DNA of 64,000 nucleotides from a virus (lineage: Duplodnaviria; Caudoviricetes), in the IMG/VR virus record IMGVR_UViG_3300005686_000008, one strand, 5' to 3'. The position numbers and the translations under genes were made by a program. Position 1 is the stretch's first letter; every line of letters begins with the position of its first letter. Positions 1-9,002 of this stretch are shown here, one piece after another. Under the pieces are notes generated by a model, which did no database searches, was not told the origin of the DNA, and saw only the letters and a program-made list of their open reading frames with translations.

Positions 1-25
1 AACTTCCTGAGAGGAAAGAACAAGC

Positions 26-508
26 ATGGAAAGCAACGTCACAACTTATTCTCGGGAAAGTTTCATCAAGTTGCTGAGCGACCCCAGCAAGGTTGACGCT
101 TTCATGGCTTTGTTCAACTCTGCCGCCCTCATCGTTGGCGACTTCGATGACTATGGCGAGGTTTTGCAGAGCAACGAAGCAGGCATGTACGACGAAACAA
201 CCAACATTGAAAAGCTGCGCGGAGCTATCAACCTCATTAGCCCCGGCATGGTTCCCGAGGGGGATTATCTTCCCCATTTGACAGAGCAGCAGCAGAAGCG
301 GCTCGAAGAGGTTGCGGCTGAGGTTGTTGCGATTGGCGATGGTGTGGAAACCAAGCCTATAGAAGATGCTGCTTCTGAGGTTGAAACCATGACCCCGAGG
401 GAACGGCTCGAAGCCACGGGCTATTGGGCAAGTACCGAGGACCGTCAAAGGAGCTTGCGGAAGCGGTTAGGATTCGACCCTGAAAATGGGGAAGAGTTCA
501 AGGACTAA
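26..508 (+). CDS. hypothetical protein (putative early gene)
   Basis: 160-aa ORF with upstream GAGG; its stop is the TAA of motif A. Confidence 0.8.
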   Translation: MESNVTTYSRESFIKLLSDPSKVDAFMALFNSAALIVGDFDDYGEVLQSNEAGMYDETTNIEKLRGAINLISPGMVPEGDYLPHLTEQQQKRLEEVAAEVVAIGDGVETKPIEDAASEVETMTPRERLEATGYWASTEDRQRSLRKRLGFDPENGEEFKD

Positions 509-545
509 ACTTTCTTCTCATCTTTTATAAGCAAGGAGATATTCA

Positions 546-887
546 ATGTCCGAACTCATCAAGCCCCATGTCCTGACCGAAGCCGAAGCTTTGAAGCGCA
601 TCAGAGATGCTATTGATAGCATGGACCTTGATGACCTTGCTTGTCTCGTCAGCGACGTTTGTGACACTGATGGACCTGTCGTTGTTGTCCATGACGGCTG
701 CGAGGCCACGACCGCCGAGGAACTCGGAGCGGACGACACAATTCCCGTTTCTGCTGTCTACGAGAACGGCGAGAATGTCGGCGATTTGGCCGAGGATGGA
801 ACCATCTACGGCGATGATGCGGAGGATGACGCGGACGAGGCCAAGAATCAGTCCGACAAGTCTTTCGGCGGGATGGATGACGACTAA
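546..887 (+). CDS. acidic hypothetical protein
   Basis: AAGGAG RBS; very D/E-rich; stop lies in motif A. Confidence 0.8.
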   Translation: MSELIKPHVLTEAEALKRIRDAIDSMDLDDLACLVSDVCDTDGPVVVVHDGCEATTAEELGADDTIPVSAVYENGENVGDLAEDGTIYGDDAEDDADEAKNQSDKSFGGMDDD

Positions 888-911
888 ACTTTCCTCGCGC
901 AAAGGAATCGC

Positions 912-1262
912 ATGAAGGCTACAAGGTTCAAACTCGAAGGGAAAAGGCATGAGGCCCTTCGGTTCATCAATCGGCAAGAGGGTTTCGAGCTTCTCATGTC
1001 CTGCGAGTGCGTTTTGGTTAATGGGGATTTGCTTGAAGATGGGTTTTATCCCTTCAAGAACGACAGTCAGACTCTTGTTGTTGCGATTCCCGAGCTTGGG
1101 AATAGCAGCAGCAAGGAAAACGAGAACATCCACGAATGGGTGGACAGTTTCGTAGATGGTTTGATGGAAGCGGTCGGGAAGATGAAGGCGGACGAGTTTG
1201 AGGCTGCTTCTTTGGAGGGCATGAAGGGTTACAGTAGGATTGCTCGCTTCCATTGGTATTGA
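912..1262 (+). CDS. hypothetical protein
   Basis: AAGGA RBS just after motif A at 882. Confidence 0.75.
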   Translation: MKATRFKLEGKRHEALRFINRQEGFELLMSCECVLVNGDLLEDGFYPFKNDSQTLVVAIPELGNSSSKENENIHEWVDSFVDGLMEAVGKMKADEFEAASLEGMKGYSRIARFHWY

Positions 1263-1457
1263 CGAACTAGCGCGATCGGATGTCGGACCCTAGACTCCCG
1301 TGCGGCGATACGGCACGAACAAAATGGGGTAGGTGTTGCGGTTGCAGTTGCTTCCCCTTTCAGCCTTAAATGCGGAATCGGCAACGGGACAGAGGAGGGT
1401 TTGCAAGCCCTTCTCTGTTCGTTTAAGACTAAACTTCTTGCGCAAAGGAGTGTTGAT

Positions 1458-1778
1458 GTGCCAAAGTCAAATTCCCAAAAGAGGAAACTACCTCCGCTGA
1501 AAGAGGGAGACCTGGTCATCACTGTTTCTCTTGAGTTCCCTAACCATGAACGAGGCGGAGTTCCTCGCAAGTTTGATTTGGTTTGCGACCCCGAGACAAT
1601 GACCGTTCAGTTGGAAGAGGACTTGGTTGAACTTACTGAACCGTTCGACCCCAACGAAGACCCCGACAGTTCTGCTTTGGAGGTTTGCAAAGCCATCGAA
1701 GACGAAGGCATCTCCATGAAGGGGATGCGCCACCATATTGCTGCACTGCTTACGGCGGTCATTGAAGCGACTCCGTAA
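1458..1778 (+). CDS. hypothetical protein
   Basis: Probable GTG start at 1458 after AAGGAG; flanked by motif A at 1427 and 1779. Confidence 0.65.
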   Translation: MPKSNSQKRKLPPLKEGDLVITVSLEFPNHERGGVPRKFDLVCDPETMTVQLEEDLVELTEPFDPNEDPDSSALEVCKAIEDEGISMKGMRHHIAALLTAVIEATP

Positions 1779-1808
1779 GACTAAACTTCCAGAGAAAGGA
1801 ACACTGTT

Positions 1809-2150
1809 ATGGCAAAGAAGAAAGCAAAGAAGAAAGCGAAGAAGGTTGTTGCTGACCCCAAGTTCCAGGTTTGGGCGTACTACAGCCATCCGCAAGGGAT
1901 TGACTGGGACAAGGATGACGAGATCCGTAAGGCCGCCGGCAAGGAGGACTTCGGTTCTGGTTTCGGTATGCACGGCGGGCTGCGCGACCTTTCTTTCTTC
2001 GCGCAAAACATGGCTCATGCGCTGCGCATGAAGGACCGCATCCTCAAGCTTCGCTGCGTCGTTCGCGTCGAGGTATCCGAGGACGAGAAGGGCGGCAATA
2101 CGGTCTTTACCAAGAAGAACAAGAAGGGGAAGTGGCAAAGCTACGGTTGA
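1809..2150 (+). CDS. hypothetical protein, Lys-rich N-terminus
   Basis: AAGGA RBS after motif A; starts MAKKKAKKKAKK. Confidence 0.8.
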   Translation: MAKKKAKKKAKKVVADPKFQVWAYYSHPQGIDWDKDDEIRKAAGKEDFGSGFGMHGGLRDLSFFAQNMAHALRMKDRILKLRCVVRVEVSEDEKGGNTVFTKKNKKGKWQSYG

Positions 2151-2354
2151 ATGGGTAAAGTAGGGGAAACCCTCTCTGGCTAAACTTTGACCATTGAGCC
2201 AAAGGATGTTCAGAACTCAAGAACCACTCTAAGGAGCGAGTCAAGTGAGCAAGAAGACCCCTATCAAAGGCAAAAAAGTTGGGAAGACGGTGACTTTCCA
2301 AGCCAAGCCGAAGGTTGACCCCTTGACTAAACTTCCTGCGCAAAAGAAGAAGAT

Positions 2355-2496
2355 GCCGACATAGTTTATCCTGGTTAGAACAGCAATGTTTGACTCAAGT
2401 AGGAGCTAGCGCAGTTCTGAAAAGTAGTCAAACCGAGCCTTGGCGCAAAGGCGGGAAAATTGAAAGAAGGAGGTTCGATCCCTCCTGTCGGCACCA
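2355..2496 (+). ncRNA. tRNA-like RNA with a 71-nt structured insert replacing the anticodon loop
   Basis: Acceptor stem GCCGACA/TGTCGGC followed by A-CCA; D-arm GTTT...GAAC; T-arm GGAGG-TTCGATC-CCTCC; anticodon stem CAAT/ATTG encloses 2388-2458; followed by a terminator. Confidence 0.8.
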
Positions 2497-2504
2497 CCGA
2501 TAAC

Positions 2505-2530
2505 AACCCCCGAAATGGGGGTTTTCTTTT
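2505..2530 (+). terminator. intrinsic terminator
   Basis: AACCCCC-GAAAT-GGGGGTT followed by a T-tract. Confidence 0.8.
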
Positions 2531-2826
2531 GCGATCATCCGTCTAATCGTTATGAGTGAAGAAGATCTACACAACCGCCAAGATCACCTCGTAGATCACC
2601 TCGCACATTTGGCACACAATGACCCACATTCTTAAGCTAACAAGCCACGCGATGTCCGGAGCTGCCACGCGATGTCCGGATGCCCAGGGCAAAAAGCCCA
2701 GGACTCGGAGGAGCCTCTCTTCAGTTCTGAGGCGGAGCCGCTCCGAACTGAGAGTTCCGTTAGGATTTTGGTATCTACAGTACGAGACTCCTCGCTGGCT
2801 AAACTTTCTTTGGAGCAGTTTTGGGT

Positions 2827-3075
2827 ATGAGCGTACAAAGACATTGTTCAATCTACCTCGCCAAGAACGGCAAATGGTACATGGAGCTTGGCGACCAAGA
2901 ATATGACCGCCAAGACGATTCAACGACGTATGGACCCTTTGCCTCAAAGGAGAGGGTCTATGATGAGCTGAGGTTCCATGCGAACCCCGGCGGAAGTTTC
3001 CAAGACGACAGCGGAACTCGTGAAGTTCCTACCGTTTCTCCCAATGGCAGGCCAATCCAAAAACCAAGAGGATAA
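2827..3075 (+). CDS. hypothetical protein
   Basis: ORF downstream of motif A at 2797 with GGAG RBS. Confidence 0.7.
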   Translation: MSVQRHCSIYLAKNGKWYMELGDQEYDRQDDSTTYGPFASKERVYDELRFHANPGGSFQDDSGTREVPTVSPNGRPIQKPRG

Positions 3076-3076
3076 C

Positions 3077-3292
3077 ATGAGCAACAAAAACTGGAACAAC
3101 AGTCACATTCAGTTCGCCCGCCTCATCGCTGAGATTGAAGCGAACGGAGGCTTTACGAACAGTTTGATGGACGACCTTTGCTCCTCGATGGACTTGGAGA
3201 GGATGGACGTTTGCGGCCTCATCAATCGGGCGCAGAGCGAGTGGGACGAAATCAAGGCTCAGATTCCCAAGACGATTCCCAAGAAGAAGTGA
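3077..3292 (+). CDS. hypothetical protein
   Basis: GAGGA RBS; ATG immediately after the previous stop. Confidence 0.7.
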   Translation: MSNKNWNNSHIQFARLIAEIEANGGFTNSLMDDLCSSMDLERMDVCGLINRAQSEWDEIKAQIPKTIPKKK

Positions 3293-3442
3293 ACCGTCCT
3301 CGAAAGATGACGACTAAACTTATCTGATGGCTCTACTACAGAGCAAGGTTTACTTGTCGTTATTGTTCCAAAGGAGGTGCCTTATGTAACCCTAACTATG
3401 GTTTGTTTGCAGGACTAAACTTCCTGAGAAAGATTTAGAGAC

Positions 3443-3709
3443 ATGGAAAACTTCTTGTTTGGTTTCGAGCTTGAGACAGTTAGCCCCTTCGATAAGAGGC
3501 ACTTGTCTTCTGTTCTTAATCAAAGAGGAATCAAGACCGTCGTTTCCGAGGATCTTCATTACAGAGAAAAGAACGCTTACCTGGTTGATGGGTCATACTC
3601 GCTTGTCGATGATGGCAGCATCAAGCCTGATGGGTTAAAGTTTGGTGTTGAGTTTAGGAGTTGCATCTTTGCGCTCCACTGTCTCGACATGCACAAGCCT
3701 CTGGTTTGA
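3443..3709 (+). pseudogene. truncated amidoligase-like N-terminal fragment
   Basis: FGFELET and SLVDDGSI...GVEFRS resemble the phage amidoligase N-terminus, but the ORF ends at 88 aa. Confidence 0.5.
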
Positions 3710-3890
3710 TCGCCACAACCAAGAGACCGGCGTTCTTATGACGAAGGAAACGAAAAACCCTTGGGCTGAGATGGACAAGGGGCGCGAAAAGAAAAGCTAC
3801 GCCTTCCTGGCGGAACGGTTGGACGGGTACTTGAAGGCCCCGTGACTAAACTTCCGTCGCAGAACAAGAAAGCAACAAGGAGTATCAACC

Positions 3891-4127
3891 ATGATTGATT
3901 TCATCGCTCACAACTGGCATTGGTTCGGTTTCACGACCTTCGGAATTCTCATTCTCTGCGTCATCAACTTCATCGTAGCGGCTCGCTACTCGATGAGAAT
4001 GGACCGCCAGGTCTTCGTCTACTCCATCGGTGTCCACCTGTTCCTCGGCCTTCTGTTCCTTCTCTCGGCGATTCCTTTCTCCATCGGCGCAATCATCGCC
4101 ATCATCAAGTACGTTCAGGCTCAGTAA
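3891..4127 (+). CDS. small membrane protein (2 TM)
   Basis: AAGGAG RBS; two hydrophobic segments. Confidence 0.75.
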   Translation: MIDFIAHNWHWFGFTTFGILILCVINFIVAARYSMRMDRQVFVYSIGVHLFLGLLFLLSAIPFSIGAIIAIIKYVQAQ

Positions 4128-4167
4128 CACTGCGCAGGACTAAACTTTCAGCGCAAAGAGAACTGAC

Positions 4168-4374
4168 ATGAGCAAGGGCATACGAATCAAGAGCGAGAAC
4201 TTCTCGGCAATCTCTGATGCCCTTGAAAAGTCAGGAATTGATTGGTCGGTTTGGAACGCAGAGGCCATGATGGACCCTAACTACAGCGGTCCCATCGACC
4301 TTGAGTGTCACGACAATCATCGTTTCGGAGAATTTTCTCGCATCGTCCGTAGTGTCGAAAAAAGGAGTCAGTAA
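4168..4374 (+). CDS. hypothetical protein
   Basis: Follows motif A at 4138; stop overlaps the next start. Confidence 0.7.
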   Translation: MSKGIRIKSENFSAISDALEKSGIDWSVWNAEAMMDPNYSGPIDLECHDNHRFGEFSRIVRSVEKRSQ

Positions 4375-4637
4375 TGGACCGCATTTTCGCAGGTATCGCC
4401 ATTGGCATCGCCGGTTTCTTCGCTATCATCGCCCTCGCCTTCTGTATCGCTCTCCTCGCTGCCATCCCGCTGTATTTCCTCTGGAACGCCTTCGCTCCGA
4501 CGTACTTCCCGTTCCTCCCCGCGCCCTGGCTCGCCATCCCCTTCTGGCACGTTGTCTGTCTGACATGGCTGCTCAGTATCGTCCGCGGCATCATCATGCC
4601 GAGCGCAGTCGCAAACGCAACGGCCAAGAACGACTAA
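4374..4637 (+). CDS. small membrane protein
   Basis: AAGGAG RBS; hydrophobic; ends in a motif A variant. Confidence 0.75.
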   Translation: MDRIFAGIAIGIAGFFAIIALAFCIALLAAIPLYFLWNAFAPTYFPFLPAPWLAIPFWHVVCLTWLLSIVRGIIMPSAVANATAKND

Positions 4638-4722
4638 ACCTCGTCGTCATGTCCTTGAGCGAGGCCCTGAGCAATCGGGGCCTTTCTCTTGTGACTAAAC
4701 TTTTCGCGCAAAGGAAAGTTGT

Positions 4723-5019
4723 ATGGCAACTGAACTGAAAATCGACAGAGAGAAAGCCAAGTCCGTTTACAGCGGCAAGGATGGCGCATGCTGCTGCGGT
4801 TGCAGCGGAACCCATTACTACGCCTCCAAGCACCGCGAAGAGGCCGGGAAGAGTCGTGGTTACAATGTTGAGGACAAGGAAATCAACGACAAGCAAGTAA
4901 CTCGCATCATCAACAAGATCGAGAAACTCGCAGCGGCAGGCGTCCAGATCGATACTGTTCCCGATGTCTACTTCTCCGCTGTTGAGGGCAAGCGGCTTTA
5001 CATTGTTTATTACAACTAA
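4723..5019 (+). CDS. hypothetical protein with CCCGC motif
   Basis: VYSGKDGACCCGCSG; motif A on both sides. Confidence 0.8.
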   Translation: MATELKIDREKAKSVYSGKDGACCCGCSGTHYYASKHREEAGKSRGYNVEDKEINDKQVTRIINKIEKLAAAGVQIDTVPDVYFSAVEGKRLYIVYYN

Positions 5020-5043
5020 ACTTTCCAATCAGAAGGGAAAGAC

Positions 5044-5442
5044 ATGAAGAACGTAAGATTCCTTACAAGGGATGAGATTCTCGAAACCGATGGCGGACGA
5101 GAAGGAACTCTGAGCGAGAACTACGCCACCGTTCGCAAGGCGGTCGAGAAACTCCCCGGATTTGACCAGGGCTTCTTCATCAATCCCAAGAGCGGCGGCG
5201 AAGATGCCGACTTCCCCGATGATGATGAGAAGGTCGATGTTACCTTCGGTCTGAAAGATGAGGAAACGGGCGAGGTTCTCATTGTTTGGAACTATAAGAG
5301 CGGTCCCGCTTACAACCCCAGAGATAACCTGACACTGGATGACATTTCCGAGTTCTCCATCGGATATGGAGGCGATAAAAAGAAACCGTCCACTGCGCTG
5401 CTCTCCGCTCTGATGGAGGCTTGCGATATCGCCAAGCATTGA
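5044..5442 (+). CDS. hypothetical protein
   Basis: ORF between motif A copies at 5014 and 5444. Confidence 0.75.
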   Translation: MKNVRFLTRDEILETDGGREGTLSENYATVRKAVEKLPGFDQGFFINPKSGGEDADFPDDDEKVDVTFGLKDEETGEVLIVWNYKSGPAYNPRDNLTLDDISEFSIGYGGDKKKPSTALLSALMEACDIAKH

Positions 5443-5473
5443 GGACTAAACTTCCTGCGCCCGTTTGTAAGGT

Positions 5474-5683
5474 ATGAACGTCAACGATACCATCCACCGC
5501 CGCTGCCAAGATTGCGGAGAAACCTTTGAGGTTATCGACCCCGATTGCAAGGCGGAGGTTCGCTGCATTTCTTGTCAGGTGCAGTTCCGTATCACCGGCA
5601 AGACGGCTCTTGAGCGGTACGCCGAGGCTCTCGCCGAATCAATGAGCCAAGCCCTCCCCGCAAAGGAGAAGGTGTCATGCTGA
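5474..5683 (+). CDS. small zinc-ribbon protein
   Basis: CQDC...CISC. Confidence 0.7.
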   Translation: MNVNDTIHRRCQDCGETFEVIDPDCKAEVRCISCQVQFRITGKTALERYAEALAESMSQALPAKEKVSC

Positions 5684-6114
5684 TTTCAGCCATCGAAGTT
5701 CAAGAGGCAAGGCAACGGCTCATCGCCAAGTACGGACAAGCCTATGGCCTACGGCGCGGCTGGTTGCCTCCAGAAGAAGCCGAGAAGCTGAAGGTCAAAC
5801 TGAAGGTCACTCGCAAGGAGGGCGTTCTGGGGCAGTTCTGTCAGCTCTGGCAAGGCAACGTGTTGGTGGTCGAGTCTTACATCTTCCCGACCCCAAGAGG
5901 AGAGTTCAAGAACGTAAGGGAGTTCATCGAGGCGAAGAAGAAGGAGTGGGAGATTGTCAACCTTCCCACCGAGAACGACCCTCGGTATTACGTTCGCTTG
6001 CTCGCTGTTTATCAGTCAATAGGAACGATGTCGATGGGTTGTGTTGTCGAGGGAGGCAAGAGCGTCGATTGCTACACCGTTGACGATTTGATTGCGGTTG
6101 GCTTTGCCGACTAA
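5677..6114 (+). CDS. hypothetical protein
   Basis: AAGG RBS; stop lies in motif A. Confidence 0.75.
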   Translation: MLISAIEVQEARQRLIAKYGQAYGLRRGWLPPEEAEKLKVKLKVTRKEGVLGQFCQLWQGNVLVVESYIFPTPRGEFKNVREFIEAKKKEWEIVNLPTENDPRYYVRLLAVYQSIGTMSMGCVVEGGKSVDCYTVDDLIAVGFAD

Positions 6115-6138
6115 ACTTCCTGCGCAAGGAAAGTAGCT

Positions 6139-6618
6139 ATGAACAATAGCAAACACCGCCAGACTCTCAGCAAGGCAGCTCTCATCGGTCGGCTCAACGG
6201 CATCATCGCCCGCATGGACCGTAACCGCGATGCTTACTTGTGTTCCCACAAGAAGACAAGGGACGCTGACACTGGAAAGCTCCCCGCCGAACTGCTCGCC
6301 ACTGATTTCGCAGCGGCCCAGGCTGAGCTTGAGGCGTTGCACCGCGAGGTCAACACTGATATGGTCGAGGGGTCAACTCTCGAAGGGCAGTACGATAAGA
6401 GCCTTGTGGAGACAACCATCGCGACGGTCTTGGGCAAGGTTCAGCAGCAGTTTGGGCATCAGCCGAACATCCTCGCTACCCTTCAGATGTTCGCGATGCT
6501 CCTTCAGTCCGAACTGTGCCTCAACGCTCATTTCCTCTTTCTCAAGACGGACGCCAATGTGGAGGACCGCATCAACCATCCGAACCTCTACGGTCTTGAC
6601 GGAAACCCCAAGCGTTGA
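6139..6618 (+). CDS. hypothetical protein
   Basis: AAGGA RBS; motif A on both sides. Confidence 0.75.
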   Translation: MNNSKHRQTLSKAALIGRLNGIIARMDRNRDAYLCSHKKTRDADTGKLPAELLATDFAAAQAELEALHREVNTDMVEGSTLEGQYDKSLVETTIATVLGKVQQQFGHQPNILATLQMFAMLLQSELCLNAHFLFLKTDANVEDRINHPNLYGLDGNPKR

Positions 6619-6649
6619 CTAAACTTTCAGCGCAAGGTAGAATGGTATG

Positions 6650-6840
6650 AGGTAATGCGGGTCTAACCCCGCTAGAGGATGCGTCCTCTATAGTATAAGC
6701 CGAAAGGCCAGAGAAATACCGCCTCTAGGGATTGGAACCCCTCTAAGAAATCCCCTCGTCGGTAGGTAGCCGAACAGCCGAACCCGAGCGGCAATCGGGA
6801 GTGTATCGCGCCGACCCTAAACAAGTCGGCTTATTTCTTT
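6650..6840 (+). ncRNA. candidate multi-hairpin structured RNA
   Basis: At least 6 consecutive hairpins and a 9-bp long-range pair (6695-6703 with 6826-6834); no credible ORF; follows motif A at 6617. Confidence 0.5.
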
Positions 6841-7156
6841 AATCCCTCTTGTTTCCGTTTGCGGAAACTCGCCGAGTTTAGGAAACTCACCCATAACCAT
6901 TACCAGACGCCAACATAATCGTTATGAGTGAAATAGTGTTCCAACGGGTTTCAGTGTCCGGATCCCGGATCCGGGTGACCAGTCTCAGGTCAACCGGGTG
7001 TCCGGGTGTCGTAGCCAGAAATTTCTGCGCAGAAACAAACTCCGAACAACCCCAACAGACTAAACTTTCCAATAATCCAAACAGACCAAAGCCTCAACAA
7101 TCCCAACAGACTAAACTTTCCTCGCAATTTTGCAGAGTACCCAATAGGAGAAACCC

Positions 7157-7912
7157 ATGAAACTCATCAGCCGCAAAGAACTCATCGAACGCCTTTACAA
7201 TCAGACGACTCAGACCATCGTTTCGATGGTTTGCGTTACCGAGCCTGACATGAGGGCGAAGGCAATCATCGAAGCCGTCGATATCGCCGTCCCCCAACCG
7301 AACCCCTACCGCATCGGCAAGGGCAAGGCAGCGGTTTCGACCATCAGCAAGGTCTTAAAGGTCAACGGCAAGATTAACGACCGCTACGAGCGCGTCGTTA
7401 CCAACAAGGCCAAGCGCATGATTATCGCCGAGCGCGAGGCCGCGAACCTTGCTCCGCTCTCGCCCGAGCAACTCGATGCAGCAGCGGCGGCGGTCCCCGA
7501 CTTTGGGGAATCTTGGCATACGCCGATTCTCGATGCCGAGGGCAAGCCGACTTGTCTCAGCGTCAACCGCAAGACGCCCGAGAACGGCAAGGTTTATATT
7601 CGGTTCATCTTCAAGGCGAAGGGCGAAGCCGAATACGTCAACAACGACAACGGCGCAACCGAACCGAGCGAGAACGTCTACCCATTCCTCTCTCCCTCAT
7701 CCGACTACAGCAATCAGAATCTCGCCGAGGGCGATGAAGTCCGTTTCGTCGTCTATGACGTTGCCAATATCGCCGAAATCGCGCTTGGCGGCGAACGGCT
7801 CCGCATCCTCGATACCCTCGCCGAACAGTCCGAGGGCATGAGGAATAAGGTTTGGGCAATCGCCGAGGAATACTTGGAGGGCGAACGGAGCATGAGCAAG
7901 GTCGGCAACTAA
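7157..7912 (+). CDS. hypothetical protein
   Basis: 251 aa; AGGAG RBS. Confidence 0.85.
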   Translation: MKLISRKELIERLYNQTTQTIVSMVCVTEPDMRAKAIIEAVDIAVPQPNPYRIGKGKAAVSTISKVLKVNGKINDRYERVVTNKAKRMIIAEREAANLAPLSPEQLDAAAAAVPDFGESWHTPILDAEGKPTCLSVNRKTPENGKVYIRFIFKAKGEAEYVNNDNGATEPSENVYPFLSPSSDYSNQNLAEGDEVRFVVYDVANIAEIALGGERLRILDTLAEQSEGMRNKVWAIAEEYLEGERSMSKVGN

Positions 7913-8100
7913 CGCCGGCTAAACTTTCCCCAACCCTCAACCCCAATCGTTTGTCTCCATTGGGGACCGAACGCCAGCCTTACAAGGTTGGCGTTTGGTC
8001 ATTGCAAACACTGAATCATTATGAGTGAAATAGAACAGCCGAGCAAACATTAGCCGACTAAACTTTCAGCGCAGAATTGAGAAGTAACGAAAGGAACCCC

Positions 8101-8514
8101 ATGAACAGCCGCAACCATAACGATGACAGCCTTAACGGTCATGGCTTTTTCGAGCATGACATTCCTTTTGGACAGCCCGAACTCCAGCCCGACAAGGCTA
8201 CGGCGGTCATCGTCAAGGACAGGCCGAAGGACGAAACGAAGGGGCAGCGTCCGCATGTCGTTCTCGTTTGGAATGACCAAGAACATTCGGAATTGTTCGT
8301 CATCGGCGTTCTCATGGAAGTCTGCAAGATGAATTTGCAGCAAGCCATCCAAACGACCATGAAGATTCATGCCGAAGGCAAGGCGGCGGTCATCGGCGGA
8401 TTGTTGGAGTATTGCGAGTTAAAGAGGGACCAGATTGCAACCTTCCGCGATGCCCTTGTCATCTCGATGGGAGGCCCCAACGTCCCCCTCAACGTTACGG
8501 TCGCGGAGGCATGA
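8101..8514 (+). CDS. clpS: ClpS-like ATP-dependent Clp protease adaptor
   Basis: PHVVLVWNDQEHSELFVIGVL...TMKIHAEGKAAV...CELKRDQI matches the ClpS core. Confidence 0.8.
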   Translation: MNSRNHNDDSLNGHGFFEHDIPFGQPELQPDKATAVIVKDRPKDETKGQRPHVVLVWNDQEHSELFVIGVLMEVCKMNLQQAIQTTMKIHAEGKAAVIGGLLEYCELKRDQIATFRDALVISMGGPNVPLNVTVAEA

Positions 8515-8676
8515 GGCGCAGCGGACTAAACTTCCGCTAGAAGGTACTTTCATGGGCGGGGTATTGAAGCGGCTCTCGGCGAGGCCGCTCTACCCCTTTA
8601 AGCCAACCGAATCGTTATGAGTGTAACGCCATCGCCGACCCCTCCAAACTAAACTTCCGTCAGCAAAGTTATAATC

Positions 8677-8892
8677 ATGGCAGCAGAACCAATCAACACG
8701 AAGCAGCCAGGCGATTGCGGATACGTCTTTTTCTTCCGCGGCAAGGAAATCGCCCTCTACGCTCCGAGCTTGGCAGCGGCAAAGGACAAGGCCGTGACGC
8801 ATTTCAAGGCCCCCAAGAGCCAACGGCATATGGTTCATGGAGGTATCGCAGAGGACAAGGACGGCAAGGAAATCGTCCATACAGCAGACTAA
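8677..8892 (+). CDS. hypothetical protein
   Basis: Between motif A copies; stop lies in the motif. Confidence 0.7.
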   Translation: MAAEPINTKQPGDCGYVFFFRGKEIALYAPSLAAAKDKAVTHFKAPKSQRHMVHGGIAEDKDGKEIVHTAD

Positions 8893-9002
8893 ACTTCTAA
8901 CTTTGTAATTCTCCGCGCATGGTTGTTTGTCTCGCCGACTAAACTTTCAGCGCAGAATTGCAGAGAGTTAGAACAGCCCAAACCCAATGAAAGGACAGAC
9001 AA

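Noticed and set aside
2355-2496. tmRNA or an ordinary tRNA with an assignable anticodon
   Set aside because: It has a full D-stem, no G3-U70 pair and no tag ORF. The anticodon loop is replaced, so no amino acid can be assigned.
6780-6840. RNase P RNA, because AACAAGTCGGCTTAT resembles its 3' conserved segment
   Set aside because: There is no GAGGAAAGTCC 5' P4 strand and the region is too short.
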